From Moniliella sp. 'wahieum' (taxonomy: Eukaryota): a DNA stretch of 64,000 nucleotides. The stretch lies in the NCBI GenBank assembly GCA_003971905.1, contig RSEE01000063.1, forward strand, positions 62,001 through 126,000, written 5' to 3'. The notes under the pieces were generated by a model. That model worked only from the letters and a program-made list of their open reading frames with translations. It did no database searches and was not told where the DNA came from. This document shows, piece after piece, positions 52,336 through 63,572 of this stretch (position 1 is the first letter of the stretch; each line of letters opens with the position of its first letter). The translations under genes were made by a program, and so were the position numbers.

Positions 52336-53609
52336 GAGGCCGATGGTTAAAACCACCTCGCCCCAAGTCGCACGCCCCCCATCCGCCCCAAAAACTCAAA
52401 GCGAAGCATCCGGGCGGAATTTATGGCGGAACGCGGATTTGGTTTGCCCCACATTCTGACTCCGCTGCGTATTAGTAAAACTCGGTATTAGAAGACAGAG
52501 ACGCGCTGTTCCTATTTAATAGTAGATAGTAGATTCGCCTACCAGATTCGCCCACCCGCACCTGCACTTGCTCGCAACGTGTGCCCGTCCATGGATCAGG
52601 ATAACTAGTGTCGCCACCAGGTCGGGTCTCTCTGGCAATTATTACGGATACAGATGGGCATGGTGTGGACATATGTGAACGATGAACGATGATAGACGAT
52701 GGACCGAACTGATGAAGAGAGAAGCCCCTTCTTCAAAACAGACTTCTCAGTACTACCGTTCACTGTCCACAAGGTCCAAAGCGATACATTAAAAGTCTTG
52801 GTGGCATAATACCCTAGCATCATAATCATAACCAGTACCAGAAGGTGTCACCGATAGCGGGCGGCGGGCCCGGCTGAACCTACGCTCTCTTCGTCTTCCT
52901 CACCCCGACTCCAGGTGAGTCGAATGGCCGCAACGGCAATGGCGTCTCCCCTTTTTAGGATGGGAAAGAGGAAAATGTGCCCAGTAAGGGGTGAGGGGCC
53001 AGATCTGGTCAGTGATCTGACCCGAGCTAAGTGTAACGGCTTGTTGGCTTCCCAGCGGAGACCTTTTCCCTATACCCATCGAGACAGGACTCACGGAGAG
53101 GACGGAACGCATTTCAGATCCAGAGTCCAAGGAACACTGGCGTGAACGTAGGAGGTCGCGAACAGTGATTTACTGTTCGTCGGGCAGAGCCAGGCAGCGT
53201 CCACAGAGGTTGCACGTTAGGGGCCGGACAGAAAGCGGGGAGCTTCGATTGGCGAGGGAGGGCAAGTGAGCTGATCAAAGGTGGCTCTTATCGAGTGGAA
53301 TTCTCCTAGAAGAAAGTGAGAGGAAAGAGGGTGGTGTGGCGCTTGGGCCATCACAATTGGATCTAAGAACAGCAGGTTTTTGTAGAGACTAAAGAAAACA
53401 AAGGAAAGACCAACAAGTCTAATACAGCGTAAAGGGAAACGAGTCAAGGGGGAGAGTGAGGACCAAGCACGAGGCATGAGTGAGGATGAGGGCGGGGGAC
53501 AAGGGCAAAGCGGACCCGAGACAGAAACGATGCGAGAAACCAATCAAACCATGTGTAGTTTTTGGAATCCAAATCCCACAGTCAAGCCCTGGCTAGCTCT
53601 GCAGTGTCC

Positions 53610-53865
53610 TTCCTCCCCTGCCCTTCCCCCCTACTAAACCCTGCGGCTTCAGACACGCGGTAGGCTTCAGATAGGTTCCTACTGCCCAAGCCGGTCCACT
53701 GCAGAGCCGCCTCTGCTACACGGTGAGAAGCCCTCCTTGTCCCCAGCTCCACTCGGACACAATCAGCCCAAGCAGGTAAATTCCGTGAATCTACCTTCGG
53801 ACCTCCAGGGGATTGAACCCCTAGGCCCTCCTGCGGGCCGACCCCTGGCGGCGCCCACCTGTGGC
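53610..53865. repeat. Dispersed repeat, copy 1 (diverged direct copy at ~57545-57800)
   Basis: Shared ordered blocks ggcttcagac, agccgcctctgcta, ctccttgtcccYagctcc, gcccaagc, ccgtgaRtc, gggattgWacccc, ggcgccc. Confidence 0.75.
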
Positions 53866-55013
53866 GCAAGCGACCACCACCGTTCGTTGTATAGGTGCCA
53901 TCCTTTCTTCAACACAACCTCACTAGAACACTCGACTAAGAACACCCTACTAGTCAGGGAGGGATGAATGAGATAACCAGCTCTGCGCCTCTGTTGCCTA
54001 TATTCGTCTTGGTCTTCTTGTTTATAGGAGACTGGGGTGCAGGCCCCTTCCCGGTCTGTGGACGGGCAAGTCTGTTTGGCCTCCGTTACAGAAGAATGAA
54101 AGGGCGACCTACTAGGGCCTTTCCGCGAGCTGGTGGAGGTACTTGTGGATACGAAGGGCTATCACAACATCATGAACTGCTCTTAGTAAGGTGTGCCAAC
54201 TTGACTTAAAATTGTATGGGGATATAACCGTGGGATGGTGAATGGAGGAAATCACAAAGAGGACATGAAATAGTCATGGAGACAGTATAATAGGCAACAG
54301 GCAACAACAGGCCGGTCACAGGGTCAGATCAAATACACAGTCGAATGGCCCCAGAATGACAGTGGTCACCCCGAGACAGAAGATCAAGTCAGGATCTGGA
54401 TTAAGATGTGAATTGGCCGTCAGAACCCCGGGGGTCAATAGCCACACGGTCTCCCGGGCTCTCCGTGGGGGTTTTTACGGTAACCAATTACTCGGTGGGT
54501 TGAAGGTAAACTCATGATGGTAATTTCGTGCATGTACCTGCAGTGGTGGTGAGAGGGGTTAGGACAAGTTGAGGCCTCTTTCGTGGTATAATAGAGCGTC
54601 TGATTATGTGTGGCCAGGCCGCGACCGACACGACAGGTTGGGGGGCCTGGCCCTACGCGCACTTCGACAAGTTCTGCTCCCAGGTCTCTCCGTATATGAG
54701 ATCTTTGTCGCCCATCTACCCCGAGTGCAGGTCCCATGATTTCATGTGGGTCAGCCGGCCCAATGACGATATGCATTATCCTCCCTCATGGGGGAGTAGA
54801 GACGAGGAAGCTGTCCATTGAATAAAACGTGAAGACACCACCTTGTGAAGGGGAGCGTGATGACGGTCCTCCGTGGATCTGATACGATATAAGGCCCCGT
54901 GCTTTCTCCGACCATCTTATCAAACAGAGTTCGCTCCCAACCACAACGAAGTCACTATCGTGGAAAGCTCGTAAAGACTATCGACCCTGCGCGTTGTGGC
55001 GACAACGGTCACC

Positions 55014-56537
55014 CCTATAGCCTGTTTTAAATTTGTACGGTTCATATACCTGTTGGCACGTTTCATCGATCTTTCATCCCGGGGGTATTTTTCTGGCGCC
55101 AAAAACGCTCAGAGAGGAGTAGTACAGAGGATGGGGTGTACGCCATCTGGGCTTACGCCGCGCGGGGCCCTACGAGTATCGCCCCCTCCCGCGCCATCCG
55201 TAGGGGTGGCGCGGTGGGAAGGGGCGCTCGCATGCCTTGAACCGCACAACGCAAGAGCCAGGACGAAAAGAGGGCGGTGAACGTGCGGTAGGAACCGGCG
55301 TTCGCCTCCCCCTTCCAGTGCGCCAAAGCAGCCTTGGCCTCACCGTGGGCGTAGCCGCCTGCGGTAAAGACCAAGGGCACAAAAGCACCCGTAGTAATCG
55401 CGTCGTACTTGCGGTGCTTGTCCTTGACGGCCGTCTCGACAAACACATCCATCTCCTTCCTGCGCAGCTCGGGCGCCGGCGTCGTGGCGGCGAGTTGCTG
55501 GCGGACGCGGCGCATGTCGGCGTCGCGCGTCTTGTTCCCAAAAGACCAAAACGTCAGGTCGTAGCTTGTCGAGGTGCCCTTCGAGGCACCGGTTCCTGTC
55601 AGCTTGATGTCGGTGCGGAGCGCGGTGAGGTCGTAGCGCCCGGGGCGCTGCGGCTGGGTGAAGGGCTCGGTCTCCACCTCGGTGGCCGGGATGTGCCGGA
55701 CCATGTTGACGATGCAGCGTCGGAGCGTCTCGTGGCGGTAGTTGCCAATCGAGCGCCACCGGTTGCAGGACTGCAGTGCCCCATCGGGGCAGGGTCTGTT
55801 GCAGTCCGGCAGACGGCGGCGTGCCGGCAGAGGGTGCGGAGGTGCAGTCCAGCCATGACCTCGTGGTCAGTAAGCGATAAAGCTGAGTCGAGGGCACCAC
55901 CGACATCCACGTCCGGTTGAGCGCTTCGGCGTTCTCTAGCAGCCGGTGGCCCAACTCGGGCGGCAGCTCGGTCAGTAGCTTCGTCTGTTGGTCGGCAAAC
56001 ATGGCGGTCGTCCGTTCCCGCTGCGACTGTCGGGTGGCCGCTGGCGCGTCTCTCTCTCTCTCTCTCTCTCGGTCGCCGCCAGCAAGCACCTTTTCCACCC
56101 ACACATCCGCCTCCTCGCATGAGGCCGCCCGCGCGTGGGGAGCAACGTCGAGGTGGGAGAAGAAGCCAAGCCCGCCGCTCCGGGCGGGGTTGTCCCTCCA
56201 CATCGTTCGGGTCGGCGCCCCGAATGGCCTTGACCTCCTGCCACAGCTGCACGTCAATCTCGCGCAGCTCATCCACGAGATCGTCCGTCCGCATGCAGCG
56301 CAGCAAATGGCGGAGGTTGTGCTGCAGGCACGACCGCAAGAGCAGCAGCCGATCCTGCAGCAGGAGACCATGCAGGGCGGGGTAGCGAGAGGCTTGGTCC
56401 GCAATCTTGTCCCGCAGAAAGGCAGGCGGGCGTCCCGGGGCCCAATGCACGAGCCGAGGACCTTGGCACCCTGGGCCTGCATCTCTCCTATAGCCTGTTT
56501 TAAATTTGTACGGTTCATATACCTGGCACGTTTCATC
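55014..56537 (-). mobile_element. 5'-truncated CRE-clade (Cnl1/MoTeR/SLACS-like) non-LTR retrotransposon: RT C-terminus, CCHC finger, REL endonuclease; ORF remnant 56486-55153
   Basis: GAKVLGSCIG; LLLLRSCLQHNLRHLLRC; PAR.GGLG; W..VVP; CxxC..H..C; YRHE; RTDI..YDLT; K..KY; FVPLVFTAGG. Flanked by near-identical direct repeats at 55014-55067 and 56487-56537. Confidence 0.88.
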
Positions 56538-56599
56538 CCTGTGGTGGGTATTATACGGAGCGCAGCAGGTCCGTTGTTTCCTTCTTTGTTCCCCGCCCA

Positions 56600-57241
56600 G
56601 AAACTGTCTCTCCTTGTAGCGACTGCTCCCCTGTTCCTTGTATCTCTCCCCATTTCTCCCCCGTTTTCCCTCTACTGTGTTGTTTCCCTTTAGCCCCCCT
56701 GCTTTTTATGCAACGATGGTTCATGAGTTTCACTGTCACGGGCCAAGGCGGGATGGCAAGCCCGGCGGCGCGTACGTGCGCCCTTCGCCATATCCTAACC
56801 CCGTCCCAGTTGGTCATGGTTCGGATCCGACCTGATCCGATCTGCAAGCTGAGGCCTGTCTGCTCTATCTGGTCAAAGAGCCCGCTCCCAAGTCTTATTC
56901 CAAGTCCACCTCGTTTGGCGCAAACGCCAGCGCGATATCAAGTCTACGTACTCAGCGACCAATAGTCGCCTTCCGCCTCAGTGAATTGAGAACCTCTCAG
57001 TTTCGTCGCTCCCCGCCCCCCGTTGTGTTTCTTGCGACGCTAGTCGCCCGTGCTTCTTGATCTTACTTCTTCTCTGCTCTGATAGTAACCCCGAGCGACG
57101 CTAGTCGCCCCATGCCTGTTTCCCTTACCTTTCTATAACGTCTCCCTGTCTCCCCTGTTCCCCATTCTCCCTCTGTTGCCTTGTTTCCCTTTTAGTCCCC
57201 CTGCCTGTTAGCAATGGTTCGTGGCTTTCCCCCACGGTCCA
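56600..57241. repeat. Diverged tandem duplication of a pyrimidine-rich unit (56600-56745 vs 57125-57241) with internal GCGAC-N4/6-GTCGC palindromes
   Basis: Shared ctcccctgttcc, ttgtttccctt(t)tagYccccctgc, gcaa..atggttcRtg, cacggKcca; gcgacgctagtcgccc at ~57034 and ~57095, gcgaccaatagtcgcc at ~56955. Confidence 0.7.
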
Positions 57242-57544
57242 TCTTGTCCCCTTGTCCCCTTCGCCACCCTTGACTCCTCGCCTGTTCACCCCTTCACCCC
57301 CTGCCCGTTTCTCGCCAATTGATTCAGTACAGGCAACTCCTCCCGCTCTTAGTCGACGTTCTACTCCGGCGCAGATCGCCAACCCTCGTCCTCGTCCTCA
57401 GCACTCAGTACTCAGCACCCAGTTCCCCTTGTCCGCGTGAGCCCTCCTTGTGCCACGCCTCGGTCCAGCCCAGTTAAGCCGCGGTGATACTGTCCTTTGC
57501 CACGCCGCTCCCCGTCTCAGTCCAACCCCAGTCCAGCAGCATGG

Positions 57545-57800
57545 GTTCTCCGCTGCCTTCCCCTTCCCTGAGCCCGAAGGCTTCAGACGCGCTACTGCCC
57601 TCCCAAGCTGGTGCTACGCAGCCTTGCCACACTTGCAGCCGCCTCTGCTATACGCCGAGAGGCCTCTCCTTGTCCCTAGCTCCGCAGCGGACCCACCAAC
57701 GTGCCCAAGCGCGTAACTACCGTGAGTCGTCCTTAGGACCCCAAGGGATTGTACCCCAAAAGCCCCGGGGCGGCCCCCCTGTTGGCGCCCGCCCCCTGAC
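57545..57800. repeat. Dispersed repeat, copy 2 (see 53610-53865)
   Basis: Same ordered blocks as 53610-53865. Confidence 0.75.
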
Positions 57801-58199
57801 ATTCACATACAAAATGCATTCAATGACGTCTTCAGACCAAAGGCATTTCTACCTGGGTCAACGGCAACTCCTCCTTTAGTTGCCTACTCTGATTTGGGCC
57901 ATTTCGCATCTCAGTTTTCCATCTCTCAATTCCATATTGTTATCAACCACTCTACCGGCTCGCTATTTCCCGACCCGGTGCTTCCGCAGCCTTGCCATAC
58001 GATTACATTACGACGATTGGTCGCTTCCTCCCGGCCCCAAAACTGGACCAAACTACCACGCCATGTCATGATGGGATGTATTATGCGGAGGCCACGACAA
58101 ATGATTTGCATTCTTTGTTATCGATGACCCTGAGGAATCGTGCCAACCATCAGGCAAATGCATGTGTCGGGATTACTGTTCATCGCGTGGACGCATCAA

Positions 58200-58800
58200 G
58201 GATCAAACTGGTGGACCGCGTACGCCCGCTCGGCAGGTCAGCAAGACACAGTGTTTTCTTTTCCCACAGTACTGCTGCATCGTACTGATTTGGTGGGGAA
58301 TAAGTGAAAAATGGTCTCTCATCGCGTCTTGCAGTGGAACTGTACCGACTCGTATGGTTCAGCTGGGCACCCGTCTTTCTCCCTGAGACCCGAAGTAGGG
58401 AATGACGTCCGTCGTGAGCACAGTCATCCCACTACTTCATGATCAACTTCGACAACAGTAGGCCCACCCTCGACGTGTGATGAGGAGGTGGTTCTGCGCT
58501 CTGATGCGGCCAAGAACGTAGTACGGAAGTAATGCCATAGGGCGATGCGCATGAGTAACCTGAACATTGCCGTTGCCACCGTGGGTGCTTGTCGCACGCT
58601 TTCGGCTTCTAATAGCCGATAATATCTGCACGCAGATCGTGCGGGGTCTACTTTCAGCCATGCGGCCTCGCAACAGACCACACAGCGTGCCCGTTTGTCT
58701 ATTGCATAGCTCACGGGCCTTTTCGTCTGTCTATATAACGCCCCCGGGCGCGGTAAGAATGCATGGGAGGCACAAGCGACCAATGGGCTTATCTTACGTC
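58200..58800 (-). mobile_element. Highly degenerate Ty1/copia reverse transcriptase relic
   Basis: KRARCVVC (KARLVA-like), ESVRQAPTVATAMFRLLMRIA (ETxAP...R.L..IA-like), TTFLAA (TAFLNA-like); many stops and frameshifts. Confidence 0.4.
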
Positions 58801-59123
58801 CTCCCTCAACACCGGCCTCGCTAAGGCTGAGCGAAGGAAGGCTACCGCTACTAAGGAAGGCAGAGGGACGCTGACTCTTTATTCGGTGCGAAGCTCGCGC
58901 TTCGGGCCTATACCTCTGGTCGGGCCCTTGCCCGATGAGTCAGAGGGCTGGCTCCCCCCTTGAACCTCCGTCAGGCAAGGCAGTCTTCGGCTGGGATGCC
59001 ACTACGCTGTTACAGTTCTGCACAGCGGATCACGAAAAGACATCATTTATGTTTATGATATAAAATACCTTCAAAAATGTCAGAGGAGTAATTTGCCGCG
59101 GGTGAGGCAATTCTGTCAGCGCG

Positions 59124-59255
59124 CTGCAGGTCAGTGACGTCGTCGATGTCACCACTCTGAACATCAGATATGTCCTCGATGTCATCCCCCTGCAGGTCAG
59201 TTATGTCGCCGACGTCACCCCCTTGAACGTCAGAAACGTCGTTAACGTGCCCGTG
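59124..59255 (-). repeat. 4 x 33-bp tandem repeat encoding an acidic 11-aa unit
   Basis: Units start at 59124, 59157, 59190 and 59223; the minus frame reads VNDVSDVQGG DVGDITDLQGD DIEDISDVQSG DIDDVTDLQ. Confidence 0.85.
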
Positions 59256-60699
59256 GACGACGTATCTGACGAATCTGATCCTCCTATGCTCGCTCTTCAT
59301 GGGTTACTATTGGTATTACATTTTATATTACTACTCATTCTAGCACCATCGTATGCTGTGCAATCGTCTTCGAGGGTACTTTTTTGCATTGTGATGGGTC
59401 AATATGGACTTGGGGCTCGTCATTGAGAGGTCTTTGGAATGTTAGGCGCCAAATCAACACTCTTCAGTCTCAGAGTCGTCTGTACGGTCGTTGTCCTCGC
59501 CATCTGTGCCCTCTGCGTCAAAGAGGTTGACTGCAGTGCCTTCGTTGTCTCTCGTCTGTTATTTTTGCCGGGGTTACTGCGATGTGACGGAGGTGGGTGA
59601 GGTGTGCACGGGTCGCACGCCACATGCGGTACAAATTTCAGGGTTACCTTACGGAAGATGCGTGTCCGCAATGACCTCGTAATTCTCCCATGCACTCGGC
59701 CGACCCAGTAGATAGCTTGCGGGGCGATGAGTGAAAAAGAGTCAGATGACCTGCTGGACGACAACGGGGTAGCGACGTACTTATGATCGGACAAGAGACA
59801 GTGATGGCACTGAAAATGTCACTGCAGCGGTTGCTGTTGTTCAGACTCCGGTTGAGCAAGACGGTGCATAGGGCAGATGGGTCAGGGAAACTGTGATGTT
59901 GTAAGACACGTACCATTTCCCTCTTTCGAAGTCAATGTCGTTCGGTGCGTATGATGAGAACGGGTGAAGTAAGTTATCGTGGCCATATTGCGAGGAGAGC
60001 AAAACGCGTGAAGAGGCGAGGCCAGTACGTACCACTGCTATATGTTAAGCGGCCTCTTCTTGACCCTATACCCCACTCAGATTCACCAAAATGCTTTTAA
60101 CGCTAAACCTTTCCGACCTCTCCTCCAGATTAAATCCCTTGAAAACCGCCAGGTGGACTACCACAGTCTGGGGGCCACAGCCCACCAGTCATAGAGCGAA
60201 TCGTCCTTCACTGGCGCTAATTGCATCTACTCTATTGGAGGTGAAAATAGGAGCTGTGAGAGTGACTAGATAGTGACTAGATGGGGGGACACTAGCTACC
60301 ATCGTAGCATATTTACGTGCAATGCGATACCAATGTAGTGTCTTTTCAGTCTCTCCAGAATACATACACCCCGACTATGCGTCACGCACGCGAAGCAAGT
60401 CAAGCAACACATGCGGGTTAACATAGTTGCTACCCAAATCCCAGCACAAATAATGACTCTGGTCGCTCTCGTTTATTATTACTTTGTTTCACTCACGCAC
60501 AAATAAGTGCTACAATGAACATAAACTGCAACCAGCATATGATCGTCTTCCTGCTTAAAACGATTATGATATCTCTGTGGGGTTATTGCCATACAGAGCT
60601 GCAGACACTACACCAGTTGCACCAAAAGAATCCCTTGCAACAAACAATCTCATTGACTTATTAGGTCTTGAGCTTTTAGAGATACAAACAATTAGGAAT

Positions 60700-63572
60700 T
60701 TGACTGGGACTTGTATCACGGAGCAGTGCTAGTGTTCACTTGCGCTTGTCGCAATGGTTCCGTGAACCCTCGCTTGCGCTCCTGATTGCGCCAGTGCCTC
60801 AACCCCCTTGCTTCCTTTGCATCGCTTCCCTTACTCTTTGTTTCTTTTCCTTGAGTTCGCTTGAAGGACTTATCGGGGTGAACCAGCTCCATTGAGAGTC
60901 CCATGTCAAATCCGTCTGCTGCACAATTATCATGCCGGCTGTCTTGATACCGTAGTATCTTCGCGTCGTTAAAAGTAAGGCGAAAATGGATCGTAAATAA
61001 TCCAGGTGTATTGCTTGCATTTTTTTGCGACAGGCGCTATGTCATCCGTGTCACGCTCATTAACTTACCTTTCATCGTAGACAATCTTACGAGGCATCGT
61101 GCTTTGGGACAACAACATGTGGCCAGTATTTTTTTTTTTCAATCCGGACAGTTTCTTGAATCACGAGGTTTCTATCAATGACAGAAAATTGATACTAGAA
61201 CATTATTGTTAATGCAGCTCCAAAGTCAAACAGGCGGTCAATTACCCCCATATCGTCAGGACCAAGAGCCAGAGTATGCTCGGGAGACATAATTGTCTCT
61301 ATTCCGCAGTAGCACGCTGTGCGTTAGTGGATGGCGATAAGCCTATTGAAGACCAGTGTTTCTCGTGATTATCATTGGGAACCAAAATACTAATGTACCT
61401 AAGAACATGTAGCCACAACGACTGCTTCACAAGGAAATTCGTTTGTTGGACAACGACGTGTGACAGGACGGGGTAACCCAAAGACCTTCCTGTTAAGCCG
61501 GCGACGAATTATAGCAAAGTGTACCATCTCCATTGATGCTGTAGCTGGTGTTCATGGTGTGGTTTCTATCCGCCAAGTGTTATCCCCAATATTGGGGGTC
61601 ATTTGGCGAGCATTCTTATCAAGGGCCGTGTCGAGGTCGTGGTTCCCCCCGTTGAGCCTCCTTACCATTGTTCTGTCTTTGGCAACAGCAACCAGTGTAT
61701 GGCTCGTTCCCATTGCCACCGCTACCTTTTGTTGTTGTTGTTTTGTTATTACGCCTGTGAAGGCTTGGCGCAGTCACAATCATGGCTGCATGCGAAAGTA
61801 TCGCCCTTGCCATGAAAATCACTCCATATAGGTTCTATCAAGCGACCGTGGGACTTAACGGTCAAACCTGCCGCATTCAGCCTTGTTCGTCCAAGTGTGG
61901 ATTCTACCCTATATGTAATGGCCCACCAGAAGGACCCTGGGGGCGCTTAAGGGTTACAATCCATTGGGGGTCCAAAGGGGACCCACACCATACATTTACT
62001 TGTTTGGGCTGGTTGGTGGATCCGAGTAGAGCTATTGAGGAATGCGGCCACATTTGGCTTATTGTATAGTAAGCTAGAGGTGTGTCTCTGCGGTTCTTGC
62101 TGGCTGTGTCGTGCCTCAGCGAGAGCATACCACGTTCGGGATGAGATATGGAAGGTGTGCCTTTGTCAGTGGGAAATTGGGCAAGCTGTGTATGCGTCTG
62201 CCAGTTGGTCTGCAATGGGTCAGGCCAGGTGGCTAAGTTGAAGAAGGCTCGGTGTGGGTTGTTCTTTTCTGCGCAAGCCTGGTACAAAACCTTGGCGGCA
62301 GCGCTGCACACGCTGGCCTCTATTCATGCCACGCTTGCCGCTGAGTGCCTCTACATCAAGGACGGTCCGGAGCCAGTGTACCTGTTGTGCTGGGTTGACG
62401 ACACTTTGCTGCTGCCGTTAAGGGTGAAAACGCGCGTTGCATCGTGTTCATTGTGCGCGGTCTAATTTCTTTTGTCGGCCTCGCTACTACCACAGAATGT
62501 GAGCACTGAACGTCGTCTTGGACTAAGGAGCTTCTGCGACTTACTCGTCCAGAAGACTGGTGCGAGCTCGGAAGGAATGAAACGTGACTCAGGGTCGGCG
62601 CGGTCCTATGGGACGGATGTCAAATCTTTGTGTGTTGGTTGAGGAACTCGGCCCGTTTGAGCAAATTGCGGGACTCGATGTTAAATAAGATCGTGTTGCT
62701 GATCGGGACCAATATGCCAGTGTGGCTCCGCTCCTTGTGGAGAAGGGCATGGCTGGGGCTTCCGCGTTTTCTGCCTGTGACCAAATTGGGGGCCAGTGTA
62801 TTGCGTGCGCAGCGGACCGAGGAGCAGGAGGAAAGGACCAATCCCAAGCGCTCTGTGGTGGAGTACCAGTCACTGGTGGGTTCGAGATCCACAATGCGGC
62901 CCAAGGAACACACCGTTTGCTGCTGGATTTGTGGGGCAGTCTAATGACAAAAAGGCCAAGCAGTCATGGGAAGTCGTGAACGGGATTATTCGTTACCTGG
63001 TCGGTCACCAACTCAAGCTAGGGTACACCCACCAACCGATCGAGTTGATCCAAAGACGGAAGGACACTGAGACCTCGCTGAAGAGTTGGATCGGAAGTGC
63101 ATCGGAGGCTGCGTATTCAAGGTGTCTGATGCTGCTGTGTCATGGACAAATTGTGAACAGACCAACCTGACCCTGTCTATTATCGAGGCAGTGAGCTCAA
63201 TGCTGCCTTAGAAGGATTTCGTGAGGCAAAATGCATCTGCTCAGGATCGCAAAGTACTTTGGAATGAGTCAAAAAAGAGCATAACCATTGAAGTGGACGA
63301 TCAGCCTGCTTTGGCTTACTTGGCGGCAACTGAGAAGCATGATTGCAGTGAGCACTGAGGCGTCGAGCTCAAGGCAATACGCGAATGGGTGCAGGCCGGA
63401 ACAATTCAGTAAGAGGATTGTCCCACCCAGTCCATGGTGGCCGACTTCCTTGCGGAGGCCGTTCCTGGTCCTGCGCATGTCAACACTACGGACCACATTT
63501 TGATATCAGTGATTCCAGGGTGTCCGACGACGTCCCTCCCCGCGACCCCTCCCTCGGGAACCAGAGGGGACC
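60700..63572 (+). mobile_element. Degenerate Ty1/copia LTR retrotransposon internal region (weak integrase/SH3 remnant, RT, RNase H, PPT)
   Basis: KAKMDRK*SRC (~60975); KLKKARCGL...AQAWYKTL and CLYIK...LLCWVDD (62230-62402); EYQSLVG; IIRYLVG; SIIEA; VDDQPA; VPTQSMVADFL; purine tract AGAGGGGA at 63563-63570 followed by TG. Confidence 0.8.

Noticed and set aside
52709..52745. Hammerhead ribozyme core (CTGATGA...stem)
   Set aside because: The stem is followed by CAAAA rather than GAAA, and no convincing stems I/III or NUH site were found.
56048..56070. (TC)n microsatellite as the CRE target site
   Set aside because: It lies inside the element ORF (encoding ERERER), not at a junction.
56515..56530. 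U1 snRNA 5' end (atacctggca)
   Set aside because: Lacks the ACTTAC core, and no downstream U1 loops or Sm site are evident.
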